Below are positions 25,701-41,244 of a DNA stretch of 64,000 bases, piece by piece. Within the stretch, counting starts at the first letter, position 1; every line of letters starts with the position of its first letter. This DNA is from Auanema rhodensis (lineage: Eukaryota; Animalia; Nematoda), in assembly GCA_964057225.1 (NCBI GenBank), contig OZ059900.1, positions 23,436,001-23,500,000 on the forward strand. Direction: 5' to 3'. Under the pieces are notes generated by a model that was not told the origin of the DNA, made no database searches, and saw only the letters and a program-made list of their open reading frames with translations. A program made the translations under genes and the position numbers.

Positions 25701-28700
25701 CCCTGTTTTTTTGTCGTGAAAGTGGAACTAGACGTTGTACGAACAATTTTGAGCTAGGTTTCATTGACATTGCATGAGTTTGAACACATGAAATCGTAAG
25801 TCAAAACCTTGTTTACAGCGAAATTTCCAAAAACTGGTTTTCCAGCTCAATAAAATATTTCTCATGGGAAATACTGTGTTTTTGTATTTTTCTAGTGTTC
25901 AGCATGTAAAATGCTTCATTTTAGTATGTAACACGCTGAAATTCGTTGCATTTGACGACTCATATGAACAAAAATCGATTTAATCAATATTAGCCATAAG
26001 GGGCGTGCCCTCAGAATATGCTAATTTCCTTAATTTTCTAACCCCTGTTTTTTTGTCGTGAAAGTGGAACTAGACGTTGTACGAACAATTTTGAGCTAGG
26101 TTTCATTGACATTGCATGAGTTTGAACACATGCAATCGTAAGTCAAAACTTTGTTTACAGCGAAATTTTCAAAAACTGGTTTTCCAGCATAATAAAATAT
26201 TTCTCATGGGAAATACTGTGTTTTTGTATTTTTCTAGTGTTCAGCATGTAAAATGCTTCATTTTAGTATGTAACACGCTGAAATTCGTTGCATTTGACGA
26301 CTCATATGAACAAAAATCGATTTAAACAATATTAGCCATAAGGGGCGTGCCTCAGAATATGCTAATTTCCTTAATTTTCTAACCCCTGTTTTTTTGTCGT
26401 GAAAGTGGAACTAGACGTTGTACGAACAATTTTGAGCTAGGTTTCATTGACATTGCATGAGTTTGAACACATGAAATCGTAAGTCAAAACCTTGTTTACA
26501 GCGAAATTTCCAAAAACTGGTTTTCCAGCATAATAAAATATTTCTCATGGGAAATACTGTGTTTTTGTATTTTTCTAGTGTTCAGCATGTAAAATGCTTC
26601 ATTTTAGTATGTAACACGCTGAAATTCGTTGCATTTGACGACTCATATGAACAAAAAATCGATTTAATCAATATTAGCCATAAGGGGCGTGCCCTCAGAA
26701 TATGCTAATTTCCTTAATTTTCTAACCCCTGTTTTTTTGTCGTGAAAGTGGAACTAGACGTTGTACAAACAATTTTGAGCTAGGTTTCATTGACATTGCA
26801 TGAGTTTGAACACATGAAATCGTAAGTCAAAACCTTGTTTACAGCGAAATTTCCAAAAACTGGTTTTCCAGCATAATAAAATATTTCTCATGGGAAATAC
26901 TGTGTTTTTGTATTTTTCTAGTGTTCAGCATGTAAAATGCTTCATTTTAGTATGTAACACGCTGAAATTCGTTGCATTTGACGACTCATATGAACAAAAA
27001 ATCGATTTAATCAATATTAGCCATAAGAGGCGTGCCCTCAGAATATGCTAATTTCCTTAATTTTCTAGCCCCTGTTTTTTTGTCGTGAAAGTGGAACTAG
27101 ACGTTGTACAAACAATTTTGAGCTAGGTTTCATTGACATTGCATGAGTTTGAACACATGAAATCGTAAGTCAAAACCTTGTTTACAGCGAAATTTCCAAA
27201 AACAGGTTTTCCAGCATAATAAAATATTTCTCATGAGAAATACTGTGTTTTTGTATTTTTCTAGTGTTCAGCATGTAAAATGCTTCATTTTAGTATGTAA
27301 CACGCTGAAATTCGTTGCATTTGACGACTCATATGAACAAAAATCGATTTAATCAATATTAGCCATAAGGGGCGTGCCCTCAGAATATGCTAATTTCCTT
27401 AATTTTCTAACCCCTGTTTTTTTGTCGTGAAAGTGGAACTAGACGTTGTACGAACAATTTTGAGCTAGGTTTCATTGACATTGCATGAGTTTGAACACAT
27501 GAAATCGTAAGTCAAAACCTTGTTTACAGCGAAATTTCCAAAAACTGGTTTTCCAGCATAATAAAATATTTCTCATGAGAAATACTGTGTTTTTGTATTT
27601 TTCTAGTGTTCAGCATGTAAAATGCTTCATTTTAGTATGTAACACGCTGAAATTCGTTGCATTTGACGACTCATATGAACAAAAAATCGATTTAATCAAT
27701 ATTAGCCATAAGGGGCGTGCCCTCAGAATATGCTAATTTCCTTAATTTTCTAACCCCTGTTTTTTTGTCGTGAAAGTGGAACTAGACGTTGTACAAACAA
27801 TTTTGAGCTAGGTTTCATTGACATTGCATGAGTTTGAACACATGAAATCGTAAGTCAAAACCTTGTTTACAGCGAAATTTCCAAAAACTGGTTTTCCAGC
27901 ATAATAAAATATTTCTCATGGGAAATACTGTGTTTTTGTATTTTTCTAGTGTTCAGCTTGTAAAATGCTTCATTTTAGTATGTAACACGCTGAAATTCGT
28001 TGCATTTGACGACTCATATGAACAAAAATCGATTTAATCAATATTAGCCATAAGGGGCGTGCCCTCAGAATATGCTAATTTCCTTAATTTTCTAACCCCT
28101 TTTTTTTTGTCGTGAAAGTGGAACTAGACGTTGTACGAACAATTTTGAGCTAGGTTTCATTGACATTGCAAGAGTTTGAACACATGAAATCGTAAGTCAA
28201 AACCTTGTTTACAGCGAAATTTCCAAAAACTGGTTTTCCAGCATAATAAAATATTTCTCATGGGAAATACTGTGTTTTTGTATTTTTCTAGTGTTCAGCA
28301 TGTAAAATGCTTCATTTTAGTATGTAACACGCTGAAATTCGTTGCATTTGACGACTCATATGAACAAAAATCGATTTAATCAATATTAGCCATAAGGGGC
28401 GTGCCCTCAGAATATGCTAATTTCCTTAATTTTCTAACCCCTGTTTTTTTGTCGTGAAAGTGGAACTAGACGTTGTACGAACAATTTTGAGCTAGGTTTC
28501 ATTGACATTGCATGAGTTTGAACACATGAAATCGTAAGTCAAAACCTTGTTTACAGCGAAATTTCCAAAAACTGGTTTTCCAGCATAATAAAATATTTCT
28601 CATGGGAAATACTGTGTTTTTGTATTTTTCTAGTGTTCAGCATGTAAAATGCTTCATTTTAGTATGTAACACGCTGAAATTCGTTGCATTTGACGACTCA

Positions 28701-30111
28701 TATGAACAAAAATCGATTTAATCAATATTAGCCATAAGGGGCGTGCCCTCAGAATATGCTAATTTCCTTAATTTTCTAACCCCTGTTTTTTTGTCGTGAA
28801 AGTGGAACTAGACGTTGTACGAACAATTTTGAGCTAGGTTTCATTGACATTGCATGAGTTTGAACACATGAAATCGTAAGTCAAAACCTTGTTTACAGCG
28901 AAATTTCCAAAAACTGGTTTTCCAGCATAATAAAATATTTCTCATGAGAAATACTGTGTTTTTGTATTTTTCTAGTGTTCAGCATGTAAAATGCTTCATT
29001 TTAGTATGTAACACGCTGAAATTCGTTGCATTTGACGACTCATATGAACAAAAAATCGATTTAATCAATATTAGCCATAAGGGGCGTGCCCTCAGAATAT
29101 GCTAATTTCCTTAATTTTCTAACCCCTGTTTTTTTGTCGTGAAAGTGGAACTAGACGTTGTACAAACAATTTTGAGCTAGGTTTCATTGACATTGCATGA
29201 GTTTGAACACATGAAATCGTAAGTCAAAACCTTGTTTACAGCGAAATTTCCAAAAACTGGTTTTCCAGCATAATAAAATATTTCTCATGGGAAATACTGT
29301 GTTTTTGTATTTTTCTAGTGTTCAGCTTGTAAAATGCTTCATTTTAGTATGTAACACGCTGAAATTCGTTGCATTTGACGACTCATATGAACAAAAATCG
29401 ATTTAATCAATATTAGCCATAAGGGGCGTGCCCTCAGAATATGCTAATTTCCTTAATTTTCTAACCCCTTTTTTTTTGTCGTGAAAGTGGAACTAGACGT
29501 TGTACGAACAATTTTGAGCTAGGTTTCATTGACATTGCAAGAGTTTGAACACATGAAATCGTAAGTCAAAACCTTGTTTACAGCGAAATTTCCAAAAACT
29601 GGTTTTCCAGCATAATAAAATATTTCTCATGGGAAATACTGTGTTTTTGTATTTTTCTAGTGTTCAGCATGTAAAATGCTTCATTTTAGTATGTAACACG
29701 CTGAAATTCGTTGCATTTGACGACTCATATGAACAAAAATCGATTTAATCAATATTAGCCATAAGGGGCGTGCCCTCAGAATATGCTAATTTCCTTAATT
29801 TTCTAACCCCTGTTTTTTTGTCGTGAAAGTGGAACTAGACGTTGTACGAACAATTTTGAGCTAGGTTTCATTGACATTGCATGAGTTTGAACACATGAAA
29901 TCGTAAGTCAAAACCTTGTTTACAGCGAAATTTCCAAAAACTGGTTTTCCAGCATAATAAAATATTTCTCATGGGAAATACTGTGTTTTTGTATTTTTCT
30001 AGTGTTCAGCATGTAAAATGCTTCATTTTAGTATGTAACACGCTGAAATTCGTTGCATTTGACGACTCATATGAACAAAAATCGATTTAATCAATATTAG
30101 CCATAAGGGGC

Positions 30112-33100
30112 GTGCCCTCAGAATATGCTAATTTCCTTAATTTTCTAACCCCTGTTTTTTTGTCGTGAAAGTGGAACTAGACGTTGTACGAACAATTTTG
30201 AGCTAGGTTTCATTGACATTGCATGAGTTTGAACACATGAAATCGTAAGTCAAAACCTTGTTTACAGCGAAATATGCAAAAACTGGTTTTCCAGCATAAT
30301 AAAATATTTCTCATGGGAAATACTGTGTTTTTGTATTTTTCTAGTGTTCAGCTTGTAAAATGCTTCATTTTAGTATGTAACACGCTGAAATTCGTTGCAT
30401 TTGACGACTCATATGAACAAAAATCGATTTAATCAATATTAGCCATAAGGGGCGTGCCCTCAGAATATGCTAATTTCCTTAATTTTCTAACCCCTTTTTT
30501 TTTGTCGTGAAAGTGGAACTAGACGTTGTACGAACAATTTTGAGCTAGGTTTCATTGACATTGCAAGAGTTTGAACACATGAAATCGTAAGTCAAAACCT
30601 TGTTTACAGCGAAATTTCCAAAAACTGGTTTTCCAGCATAATAAAATATTTCTCATGGGAAATACTGTGTTTTTGTATTTTTCTAGTGTTCAGCATGTAA
30701 AATGCTTCATTTTAGTATGTAACACGCTGAAATTCGTTGCATTTGACGACTCATATGAACAAAAATCGATTTAATCAATATTAGCCATAAGGGGCGTGCC
30801 CTCAGAATATGCTAATTTCCTTAATTTTCTAACCCATGTTTTTTTGTCGTGAAAGTGGAACTAGACGTTGTACGAACAATTTTGAGCTAGGTTTCATTGA
30901 CATTGCATGAGTTTGAACACATGAAATCGTAAGTCAAAACCTTGTTTACAGCGAAATTTCCAAAAACTGGTTTTCCAGCATAATAAAATATTTCTCATGG
31001 GAAATACTGTGTTTTTGTATTTTTCTAGTGTTCAGCTTGTAAAATGCTTCATTTTAGTATGTAACACGCTGAAATTCGTTGCATTTGACGACTCATATGA
31101 ACAAAAATCGATTTAATCAATATTAGCCATAAGGGGCGTGCCCTCAGAATATGCTAATTTCCTTAATTTTCTAACCCCTTTTTTTTTGTCGTGAAAGTGG
31201 AACTAGACGTTGTACGAACAATTTTGAGCTAGGTTTCATTGACATTGCAAGAGTTTGAACACATGAAATCGTAAGTCAAAACCTTGTTTACAGCGAAATT
31301 TCCAAAAACTGGTTTTCCAGCATAATAAAATATTTCTCATGGGAAATACTGTGTTTTTGTATTTTTCTAGTGTTCAGCATGTAAAATGCTTCATTTTAGT
31401 ATGTAACACGCTGAAATTCGTTGCATTTGACGACTCATATGAACAAAAATCGATTTAATCAATATTAGCCATAAGGGGCGTGCCCTCAGAATATGCTAAT
31501 TTCCTTAATTTTCTAACCCCTGTTTTTTTGTCGTGAAAGTGGAACTAGACGTTGTACGAACAATTTTGAGCTAGGTTTCATTGACATTGCATGAGTTTGA
31601 ACACATGAAATCGTAAGTCAAAACCTTGTTTACAGCGAAATTTCCAAAAACTGGTTTTCCAGCATAATAAAATATTTCTCATGGGAAATACTGTGTTTTT
31701 GTATTTTTCTAGTGTTCAGCATGTAAAATGCTTCATTTTAGTATGTAACACGCTGAAATTCGTTGCATTTGACGACTCATATGAACAAAAATCGATTTAA
31801 TCAATATTAGCCATAAGGGGCGTGCCCTCAGAATATGCTAATTTCCTTAATTTTCTAACCCCTGTTTTTTTGTCGTGAAAGTGGAACTAGACGTTGTACG
31901 AACAATTTTGAGCTAGGTTTCATTGACATTGCATGAGTTTGAACACATGAAATCGTAAGTCAAAACCTTGTTTACAGCGAAATATGCAAAAACTGGTTTT
32001 CCAGCATAATAAAATATTTCTCATGGGAAATACTGTGTTTTTGTATTTTTCTAGTGTTCAGCATGTGAAATGCTTCATTTGAGTATGTAACACGCTGAAA
32101 TTCGTTGCATTTGACGACTCATATGAACAAAAATCGATTTAATCAATATTAGCCATAAGGGGCGTGCCCTCAGAATATGCTAATTTCCTTAATTTTCTAA
32201 CCCCTGTTTTTTTGTCGTGAAAGTGGAACTAGACGTTGTACGAACAATTTTGAGGTAGGTTTCATTGACATTGCATGAGTTTGAACACATGCAATCGTAA
32301 GTCAAAACTTTGTTTACAGCGAAATTTTCAAAAACTGGTTTTCCAGCATAATAAAATATTTCTCATGGGAAATACTGTGTTTTTGTATTTTTCTAGTGTT
32401 CAGCATGTAAAATGCTTCATTTTAGTATGTAACACGCTGAAATTCGTTGCATTTGACGACTCATATGAACAAAAATCGATTTAATCAATATTAGCCATAA
32501 GGGGCGTGCCCTCAGAATATGCTAATTTCCTTAATTTTCTAACCCCTGTTTTTTTGTCGTGAAAGTGGAACTAGACGTTGTACGAACAATTTTGAGCTAG
32601 GTTTCATTGACATTGCATGAGTTTGAACACATGCAATCGTAAGTCAAAACTTTGTTTACAGCGAAATTTTCAAAAACTGGTTTTCCAGCATAATAAAATA
32701 TTTCTCATGGGAAATACTGTGTTTTTGTATTTTTCTAGTGTTCAGCATGTAAAATGCTTCATTTTAGTATGTAACACGCTGAAATTCGTTGCATTTGACG
32801 ACTCATATGAACAAAAATCGATTTAATCAATATTAGCCATAAGGGGCGTGCCCTCAGAATATGCTAATTTCCTTAATTTTCTAACCCCTTTTTTTTTGTC
32901 GTGAAAGTGGAACTAGACGTTGTACGAACAATTTTGAGCTAGGTTTCATTGACATTGCAAGAGTTTGAACACATGAAATCGTAAGTCAAAACCTTGTTTA
33001 CAGCGAAATTTCCAAAAACTGGTTTTCCAGCATAATAAAATATTTCTCATGGGAAATACTGTGTTTTTGTATTTTTCTAGTGTTCAGCATGTAAAATGCT

Positions 33101-35583
33101 TCATTTTAGTATGTAACACGCTGAAATTCGTTGCATTTGACGACTCATATGAACAAAAATCGATTTAATCAATATTAGCCATAAGGGGCGTGCCCTCAGA
33201 ATATGCTAATTTCCTTAATTTTCTAACCCCTGTTTTTTTGTCGTGAAAGTGGAACTAGACGTTGTACGAACAATTTTGAGCTAGGTTTCATTGACATTGC
33301 ATGAGTTTGAACACATGAAATCGTAAGTCAAAACCTTGTTTACAGCGAAATATGCAAAAACTGGTTTTCCAGCATAATAAAATATTTCTCATGGGAAATA
33401 CTGTGTTTTTGTATTTTTCTAGTGTTCAGCTTGTAAAATGCTTCATTTTAGTATGTAACACGCTGAAATTCGTTGCATTTGACGACTCATATGAACAAAA
33501 ATCGATTTAATCAATATTAGCCATAAGGGGCGTGCCCTCAGAATATGCTAATTTCCTTAATTTTCTAACCCCTTTTTTTTTGTCGTGAAAGTGGAACTAG
33601 ACGTTGTACGAACAATTTTGAGCTAGGTTTCATTGACATTGCAAGAGTTTGAACACATGAAATCGTAAGTCAAAACCTTGTTTACAGCGAAATTTCCAAA
33701 AACTGGTTTTCCAGCATAATAAAATATTTCTCATGGGAAATACTGTGTTTTTGTATTTTTCTAGTGTTCAGCATGTAAAATGCTTCATTTTAGTATGTAA
33801 CACGCTGAAATTCGTTGCATTTGACGACTCATATGAACAAAAATCGATTTAATCAATATTAGCCATAAGGGGCGTGCCCTCAGAATATGCTAATTTCCTT
33901 AATTTTCTAACCCATGTTTTTTTGTCGTGAAAGTGGAACTAGACGTTGTACGAACAATTTTGAGCTAGGTTTCATTGACATTGCATGAGTTTGAACACAT
34001 GAAATCGTAAGTCAAAACCTTGTTTACAGCGAAATTTCCAAAAACTGGTTTTCCAGCATAATAAAATATTTCTCATGGGAAATACTGTGTTTTTGTATTT
34101 TTCTAGTGTTCAGCTTGTAAAATGCTTCATTTTAGTATGTAACACGCTGAAATTCGTTGCATTTGACGACTCATATGAACAAAAATCGATTTAATCAATA
34201 TTAGCCATAAGGGGCGTGCCCTCAGAATATGCTAATTTCCTTAATTTTCTAACCCCTTTTTTTTTGTCGTGAAAGTGGAACTAGACGTTGTACGAACAAT
34301 TTTGAGCTAGGTTTCATTGACATTGCAAGAGTTTGAACACATGAAATCGTAAGTCAAAACCTTGTTTACAGCGAAATTTCCAAAAACTGGTTTTCCAGCA
34401 TAATAAAATATTTCTCATGGGAAATACTGTGTTTTTGTATTTTTCTAGTGTTCAGCATGTAAAATGCTTCATTTTAGTATGTAACACGCTGAAATTCGTT
34501 GCATTTGACGACTCATATGAACAAAAATCGATTTAATCAATATTAGCCATAAGGGGCGTGCCCTCAGAATATGCTAATTTCCTTAATTTTCTAACCCCTG
34601 TTTTTTTGTCGTGAAAGTGGAACTAGACGTTGTACGAACAATTTTGAGCTAGGTTTCATTGACATTGCATGAGTTTGAACACATGAAATCGTAAGTCAAA
34701 ACCTTGTTTACAGCGAAATTTCCAAAAACTGGTTTTCCAGCATAATAAAATATTTCTCATGGGAAATACTGTGTTTTTGTATTTTTCTAGTGTTCAGCAT
34801 GTAAAATGCTTCATTTTAGTATGTAACACGCTGAAATTCGTTGCATTTGACGACTCATATGAACAAAAATCGATTTAATCAATATTAGCCATAAGGGGCG
34901 TGCCCTCAGAATATGCTAATTTCCTTAATTTTCTAACCCCTGTTTTTTTGTCGTGAAAGTGGAACTAGACGTTGTACGAACAATTTTGAGCTAGGTTTCA
35001 TTGACATTGCATGAGTTTGAACACATGAAATCGTAAGTCAAAACCTTGTTTACAGCGAAATATGCAAAAACTGGTTTTCCAGCATAATAAAATATTTCTC
35101 ATGGGAAATACTGTGTTTTTGTATTTTTCTAGTGTTCAGCATGTAAAATGCTTCATTTGAGTATGTAACACGCTGAAATTCGTTGCATTTGACGACTCAT
35201 ATGAACAAAAATCGATTTAATCAATATTAGCCATAAGGGGCGTGCCCTCAGAATATGCTAATTTCCTTAATTTTCTAACCCCTGTTTTTTTGTCGTGAAA
35301 GTGGAACTAGACGTTGTACGAACAATTTTGAGCTAGGTTTCATTGACATTGCATGAGTTTGAACACATGCAATCGTAAGTCAAAACTTTGTTTACAGCGA
35401 AATTTTCAAAAACTGGTTTTCCAGCATAATAAAATATTTCTCATGGGAAATACTGTGTTTTTGTATTTTTCTAGTGTTCAGCATGTAAAATGCTTCATTT
35501 TAGTATGTAACACGCTGAAATTCGTTGCATTTGACGACTCATATGAACAAAAATCGATTTAATCAATATTAGCCATAAGGGGC
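30112..35583 (+). repeat. Higher-order duplication, offset 9 monomers (3078 bp)
   Basis: The same ordered run of 7 variant monomers (AATATGC+CAGCTTG, T9+GCAAGAG, CCCATG+CAGCTTG, T9+GCAAGAG, plain, AATATGC+TTTGAG, TGCAAT-type) starts at 30112 and at 33190. Confidence 0.9.
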
Positions 35584-38500
35584 GTGCCCTCAGAATATGC
35601 TAATTTCCTTAATTTTCTAACCCCTGTTTTTTTGTCGTGAAAGTGGAACTAGACGTTGTACGAACAATTTTGAGCTAGGTTTCATTGACATTGCATGAGT
35701 TTGAACACATGAAATCGTAAGTCAAAACCTTGTTTACAGCGAAATTTCCAAAAACTGGTTTTCCAGCATAATAAAATATTTCTCATGGGAAACACTGTGT
35801 TTTTGTATTTTTCTAGTGTTCAGCTTGTAAAATGTTTCATTTTAGTATGTAACACGCTGAAATTCGTTGCATTTGACGACTCATATGAACAAAAATCGAT
35901 TTAATCAATATTAGCCATAAGGGGCGTGCCCTCAGAATATGCTAATTTCCTTAATTTTCTAACCCCTTTTTTTTGTCGTGAAAGTGGAACTAGACGTTGT
36001 ACGAACAATTTTGAGCTAGGTTTCATTGACATTGCATGAGTTTGAACACATGAAATCGTAAGTCAAAACCTTGTTTACAGCGAAATTTCCAAAAACTGGT
36101 TTTCCAGCATAATAAAATATTTCTCATGGGAAATACTGTGTTTTTGTATTTTTCTAGTGTTCAGCATGTAAAATGCTTCATTTTAGTATGTAACACGCTG
36201 AAATTCGTTGCATTTGACGACTCATATGAACAAAAATCGATTTAATCAATATTAGCCATAAGGGGCGTGCCCTCAGAATATGCTAATTTCCTTAATTTTC
36301 TAACCCCTGTTTTTTTGTCGTGAAAGTGGAACTAGACGTTGTACGAACAATTTTGAGCTAGGTTTCATTGACATTGCATGAGTTTGAACACATGAAATCG
36401 TAAGTCAAAACCTTGTTTACAGCGAAATTTCCAAAAACTGGTTTTCCAGCATAATAAAATATTTCTCATGGGAAATACTGTGTTTTTGTATTTTTCTAGT
36501 GTTCAGCATGTAAAATGCTTCATTTTAGTATGTAACACGCTGAAATTCGTTGCATTTGACGACTCATATGAACAAAAATCGATTTAATCAATATTAGCCA
36601 TAAGGGGCGTGCCCTCAGAATATGCTAATTTCCTTAATTTTCTAACCCCTGTTTTTTTGTCGTGAAAGTGGAACTAGACGTTGTACGAACAATTTTGAGC
36701 TAGGTTTCATTGACATTGCATGAGTTTGAACACATGCAATCGTAAGTCAAAACTTTGTTTACAGCGAAATTTTCAAAAACTGGTTTTCCAGCATAATAAA
36801 ATATTTCTCATGGGAAATACTGTGTTTTTGTATTTTTCTAGTGTTCAGCATGTAAAATGCTTCATTTTAGTATGTAACACGCTGAAATTCGTTGCATTTG
36901 ACGACTCATATGAACAAAAATCGATTTAATCAATATTAGCCATAAGGGGCGTGCCCTCAGAATATGCTAATTTCCTTAATTTTCTAACCCCTTTTTTTTG
37001 TCGTGAAAGTGGAACTAGACGTTGTACGAACAATTTTGAGCTAGGTTTCATTGACATTGTATGAGTTTGAACACATGAAATCGTAAGTCAAAGCCTTGTT
37101 TACAGCGAAATTTCCAAAAACTGGTTTTCCAGCATAATAAAATATTTCTCATGGGAAATACTGTGTTTTTGTATTTTTCTAGTGTTCAGCTTGTAAAATG
37201 CTTCATTTTAGTATGTAACACGCTGAAATTCGTTGCATTTGACGACTCATATGAACAAAAATCGATTTAATCAATATTAGCCATAAGGGGCGTGCCCTCA
37301 GAATATGCTAATTTCCTTAATTTTCTAACCCCTTTTTTTTGTCGTGAAAGTGGAACTAGACGTTGTACGAACAATTTTGAGCTAGGTTTCATTGACATTG
37401 CATGAGTTTGAACACATGAAATCGTAAGTCAAAACCTTGTTTACAGCGAAATTTCCAAAAACTGGTTTTCCAGCATAATAAAATATTTCTCATGGGAAAT
37501 ACTGTGTTTTTGTATTTTTCTAGTGTTCAGCATGTAAAATGCTTCATTTTAGTATGTAACACGCTGAAATTCGTTGCATTTGACGACTCATATGAACAAA
37601 AATCGATTTAATCAATATTAGCCATAAGGGGCGTGCCCTCAGAATATGCTAATTTCCTTAATTTTCTAACCCCTGTTTTTTTGTCGTGAAAGTGGAACTA
37701 GACGTTGTACGAACAATTTTGAGCTAGGTTTCATTGACATTGCATGAGTTTGAACACATGCAATCGTAAGTCAAAACTTTGTTTACAGCGAAATTTTCAA
37801 AAACTGGTTTTCCAGCATAATAAAATATTTCTCATGGGAAATACTGTGTTTTTGTATTTTTCTAGTGTTCAGCATGTAAAATGCTTCATTTTAGTATGTA
37901 ACACGCTATAATTCGTTGCATTTGACGACTCATATGAACAAAAATCGATTTAATCAATATTAGCCATAAGGGGCGTGCCCTCAGAATATGCTAATTTCCT
38001 TAATTTTCTAACCCCTGTTTTTTTGTCGTGAAAGTGGAACTAGACGTTGTACGAACAATTTTGAGCTAGGTTTCATTGACATTGTATGAGTTTGAACACA
38101 TGCAATCGTAAGTCAAAACTTTGTTTACAGCGAAATTTTCGAAAAAACTGGTTTTCCAGCATAATAAAATATTTCTCATGGGAAATACTGTGTTTTTGTA
38201 TTTTTCTAGTGTTCAGCATGTAAAATGCTTCATTTTAGTATGTAACACGCTGAAATTCGTTGCATTTGACGACTCATATGAACAAAAATCGATTTAATCA
38301 ATATTAGCCATAAGGGGCGTGCCTCAGACTAAGCTAATTTCCTTAATTTTCTAACCCCTGTTTTTTTGTCGTGAAAGTGGAACTAGACGTTGTACGAACA
38401 ATTTTGAGCTAGGTTTCATTGACATTGCATGAGTTTGAACACATGAAATCGTAAGTCAAAACCTTGTTTACAGCGAAATTTCCAAAAACTGGTTTTCCAG

Positions 38501-41051
38501 CATAATAAAATATTTCTCATGGGAAATACTGTGTTTTTGTATTTTTCTAGTGTTCAGCATGTGAAATGCTTCATTTGAGTATGTAACACGCTGAAATTCG
38601 TTGCATTTGACGACTCATATGAACAAAAATCGATTTAATCAATATTAGCCATAAGGGGCGTGCCCTCAGAATATGCTAATTTCCTTAATTTTCTAACCCC
38701 TTTTTTTTGTCGTGAAAGTGGAACTAGACGTTGTACGAACAATTTTGAGCTAGGTTTCATTGACATTGCATGAGTTTGAACACATGAAATCGTAAGTCAA
38801 AACCTTGTTTACAGCGAAATTTCCAAAAACTGGTTTTCCAGCATAATAAAATATTTCTCATGGGAAATACTGTGTTTTTGTATTTTTCTAGTGTTCAGCA
38901 TGTAAAATGCTTCATTTTAGTATGTAACACGCTGAAATTCGTTGCATTTGACGACTCATATGAACAAAAATCGATTTAATCAATATTAGCCATAAGGGGC
39001 GTGCCCTCAGAATATGCTAATTTCCTTAATTTTCTAACCCCTGTTTTTTTGTCGTGAAAGTGGAACTAGACGTTGTACGAACAATTTTGAGCTAGGTTTC
39101 ATTGACATTGCATGAGTTTGAACACATGAAATCGTAAGTCAAAACCTTGTTTACAGCGAAATTTCCAAAAACTGGTTTTCCAGCATAATAAAATATTTCT
39201 CATGGGAAATACTGTGTTTTTGTATTTTTCTAGTGTTCAGCATGTAAAATGCTTCATTTTAGTATGTAACACGCTGAAATTCGTTGCATTTGACGACTCA
39301 TATGAACAAAAATCGATTTAATCAATATTAGCCATAAGGGGCGTGCCCTCAGAATATGCTAATTTCCTTAATTTTCTAACCCCTGTTTTTTTGTCGTGAA
39401 AGTGGAACTAGACGTTGTACGAACAATTTTGAGCTAGGTTTCATTGACATTGCATGAGTTTGAACACATGCAATCGTAAGTCAAAACTTTGTTTACAGCG
39501 AAATTTTCAAAAACTGGTTTTCCAGCATAATAAAATATTTCTCATGGGAAATACTGTGTTTTTGTATTTTTCTAGTGTTCAGCATGTAAAATGCTTCATT
39601 TTAGTATGTAACACGCTATAATTCGTTGCATTTGACGACTCATATGAACAAAAATCGATTTAATCAATATTAGCCATAAGGGGCGTGCCCTCAGAATATG
39701 CTAATTTCCTTAATTTTCTAACCCCTGTTTTTTTGTCGTGAAAGTGGAACTAGACGTTGTACGAACAATTTTGAGCTAGGTTTCATTGACATTGTATGAG
39801 TTTGAACACATGCAATCGTAAGTCAAAACTTTGTTTACAGCGAAATTTTCAAAAACTGGTTTTCCAGCATAATAAAAAATTTCTCATGGGAAATACTGTG
39901 TTTTTGTATTTTTCTAGTGTTCAGCATGTAAAATGCTTCATTTTAGTATGTAACACGCTGAAATTCGTTGCATTTGACGACTCATATGAACAAAAATCGA
40001 TTTAATCAATATTAGCCATAAGGGGCGTGCCTCAGACTAAGCTAATTTCCTTAATTTTCTAACCCCTGTTTTTTTGTCGTGAAAGTGGAACTAGACGTTG
40101 TACGAACAATTTTGAGCTAGGTTTCATTGACATTGCATGAGTTTGAACACATGAAATCGTAAGTCAAAACCTTGTTTACAGCGAAATTTCCAAAAACTGG
40201 TTTTCCAGCATAATAAAATATTTCTCATGGGAAATACTGTGTTTTTGTATTTTTCTAGTGTTCAGCATGTGAAATGCTTCATTTGAGTATGTAACACGCT
40301 GAAATTCGTTGCATTTGACGACTCATATGAACAAAAATCGATTTAATCAATATTAGCCATAAGGGGCGTGCCCTCAGAATATGCTAATTTCCTTAATTTT
40401 CTAACCCCTGTTTTTTTGTCGTGAAAGTGGAACTAGACGTTGTACGAACAATTTTGAGCTAGGTTTCATTGACATTGCATGAGTTTGAACACATGAAATC
40501 GTAAGTCAAAACCTTGTTTACAGCGAAATTTCCAAAAACTGGTTTTCCAGCTCAATAAAATATTTCTCATGGGAAATACTGTGTTTTTGTATTTTTCTAG
40601 TGTTCAGCATGTAAAATGCTTCATTTTAGTATGTAACACGCTGAAATTCGTTGCATTTGACGACTCATATGAACAAAAATCGATTTAATCAATATTAGCC
40701 ATAAGGGGCGTGCCCTCAGAATATGCTAATTTCCTTAATTTTCTAACCCCTGTTTTTTTGTCGTGAAAGTGGAACTAGACGTTGTACGAACAATTTTGAG
40801 CTAGGTTTCATTGACATTGCATGAGTTTGAACACATGAAATCGTAAGTCAAAACCTTGTTTACAGCGAAATTTCCAAAAACTGGTTTTCCAGCTCAATAA
40901 AATATTTCTCATGGGAAATACTGTGTTTTTGTATTTTTCTAGTGTTCAGCATGTAAAATGCTTCATTTTAGTATGTAACACGCTGAAATTCGTTGCATTT
41001 GACGACTCATATGAACAAAAATCGATTTAATCAATATTAGCCATAAGGGGC

Positions 41052-41244
41052 GTGCCCTCAGAATATGCTAAAACTGGTTTTCCAGCATAATAAAATATTT
41101 CTCATGGGAAATACTGTGTTTTTGTATTTTTCTAGTGTTCAGCATGTAAAATGCTTCATTTTAGTATGTAACACGCTGAAATTCGTTGCATTTGACGACT
41201 CATATGAACAAAAATCGATTTAATCAATATTAGCCATAAGGGGC
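41052..41244 (+). repeat. Truncated 193-bp monomer (149-bp internal deletion), copy 1
   Basis: Junction reads GAATATGCT-AAAA-CTGGTTTTCC instead of GCTAATTTCC...CCAAAAACTGG. The next monomer starts at 41245. Confidence 0.97.
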
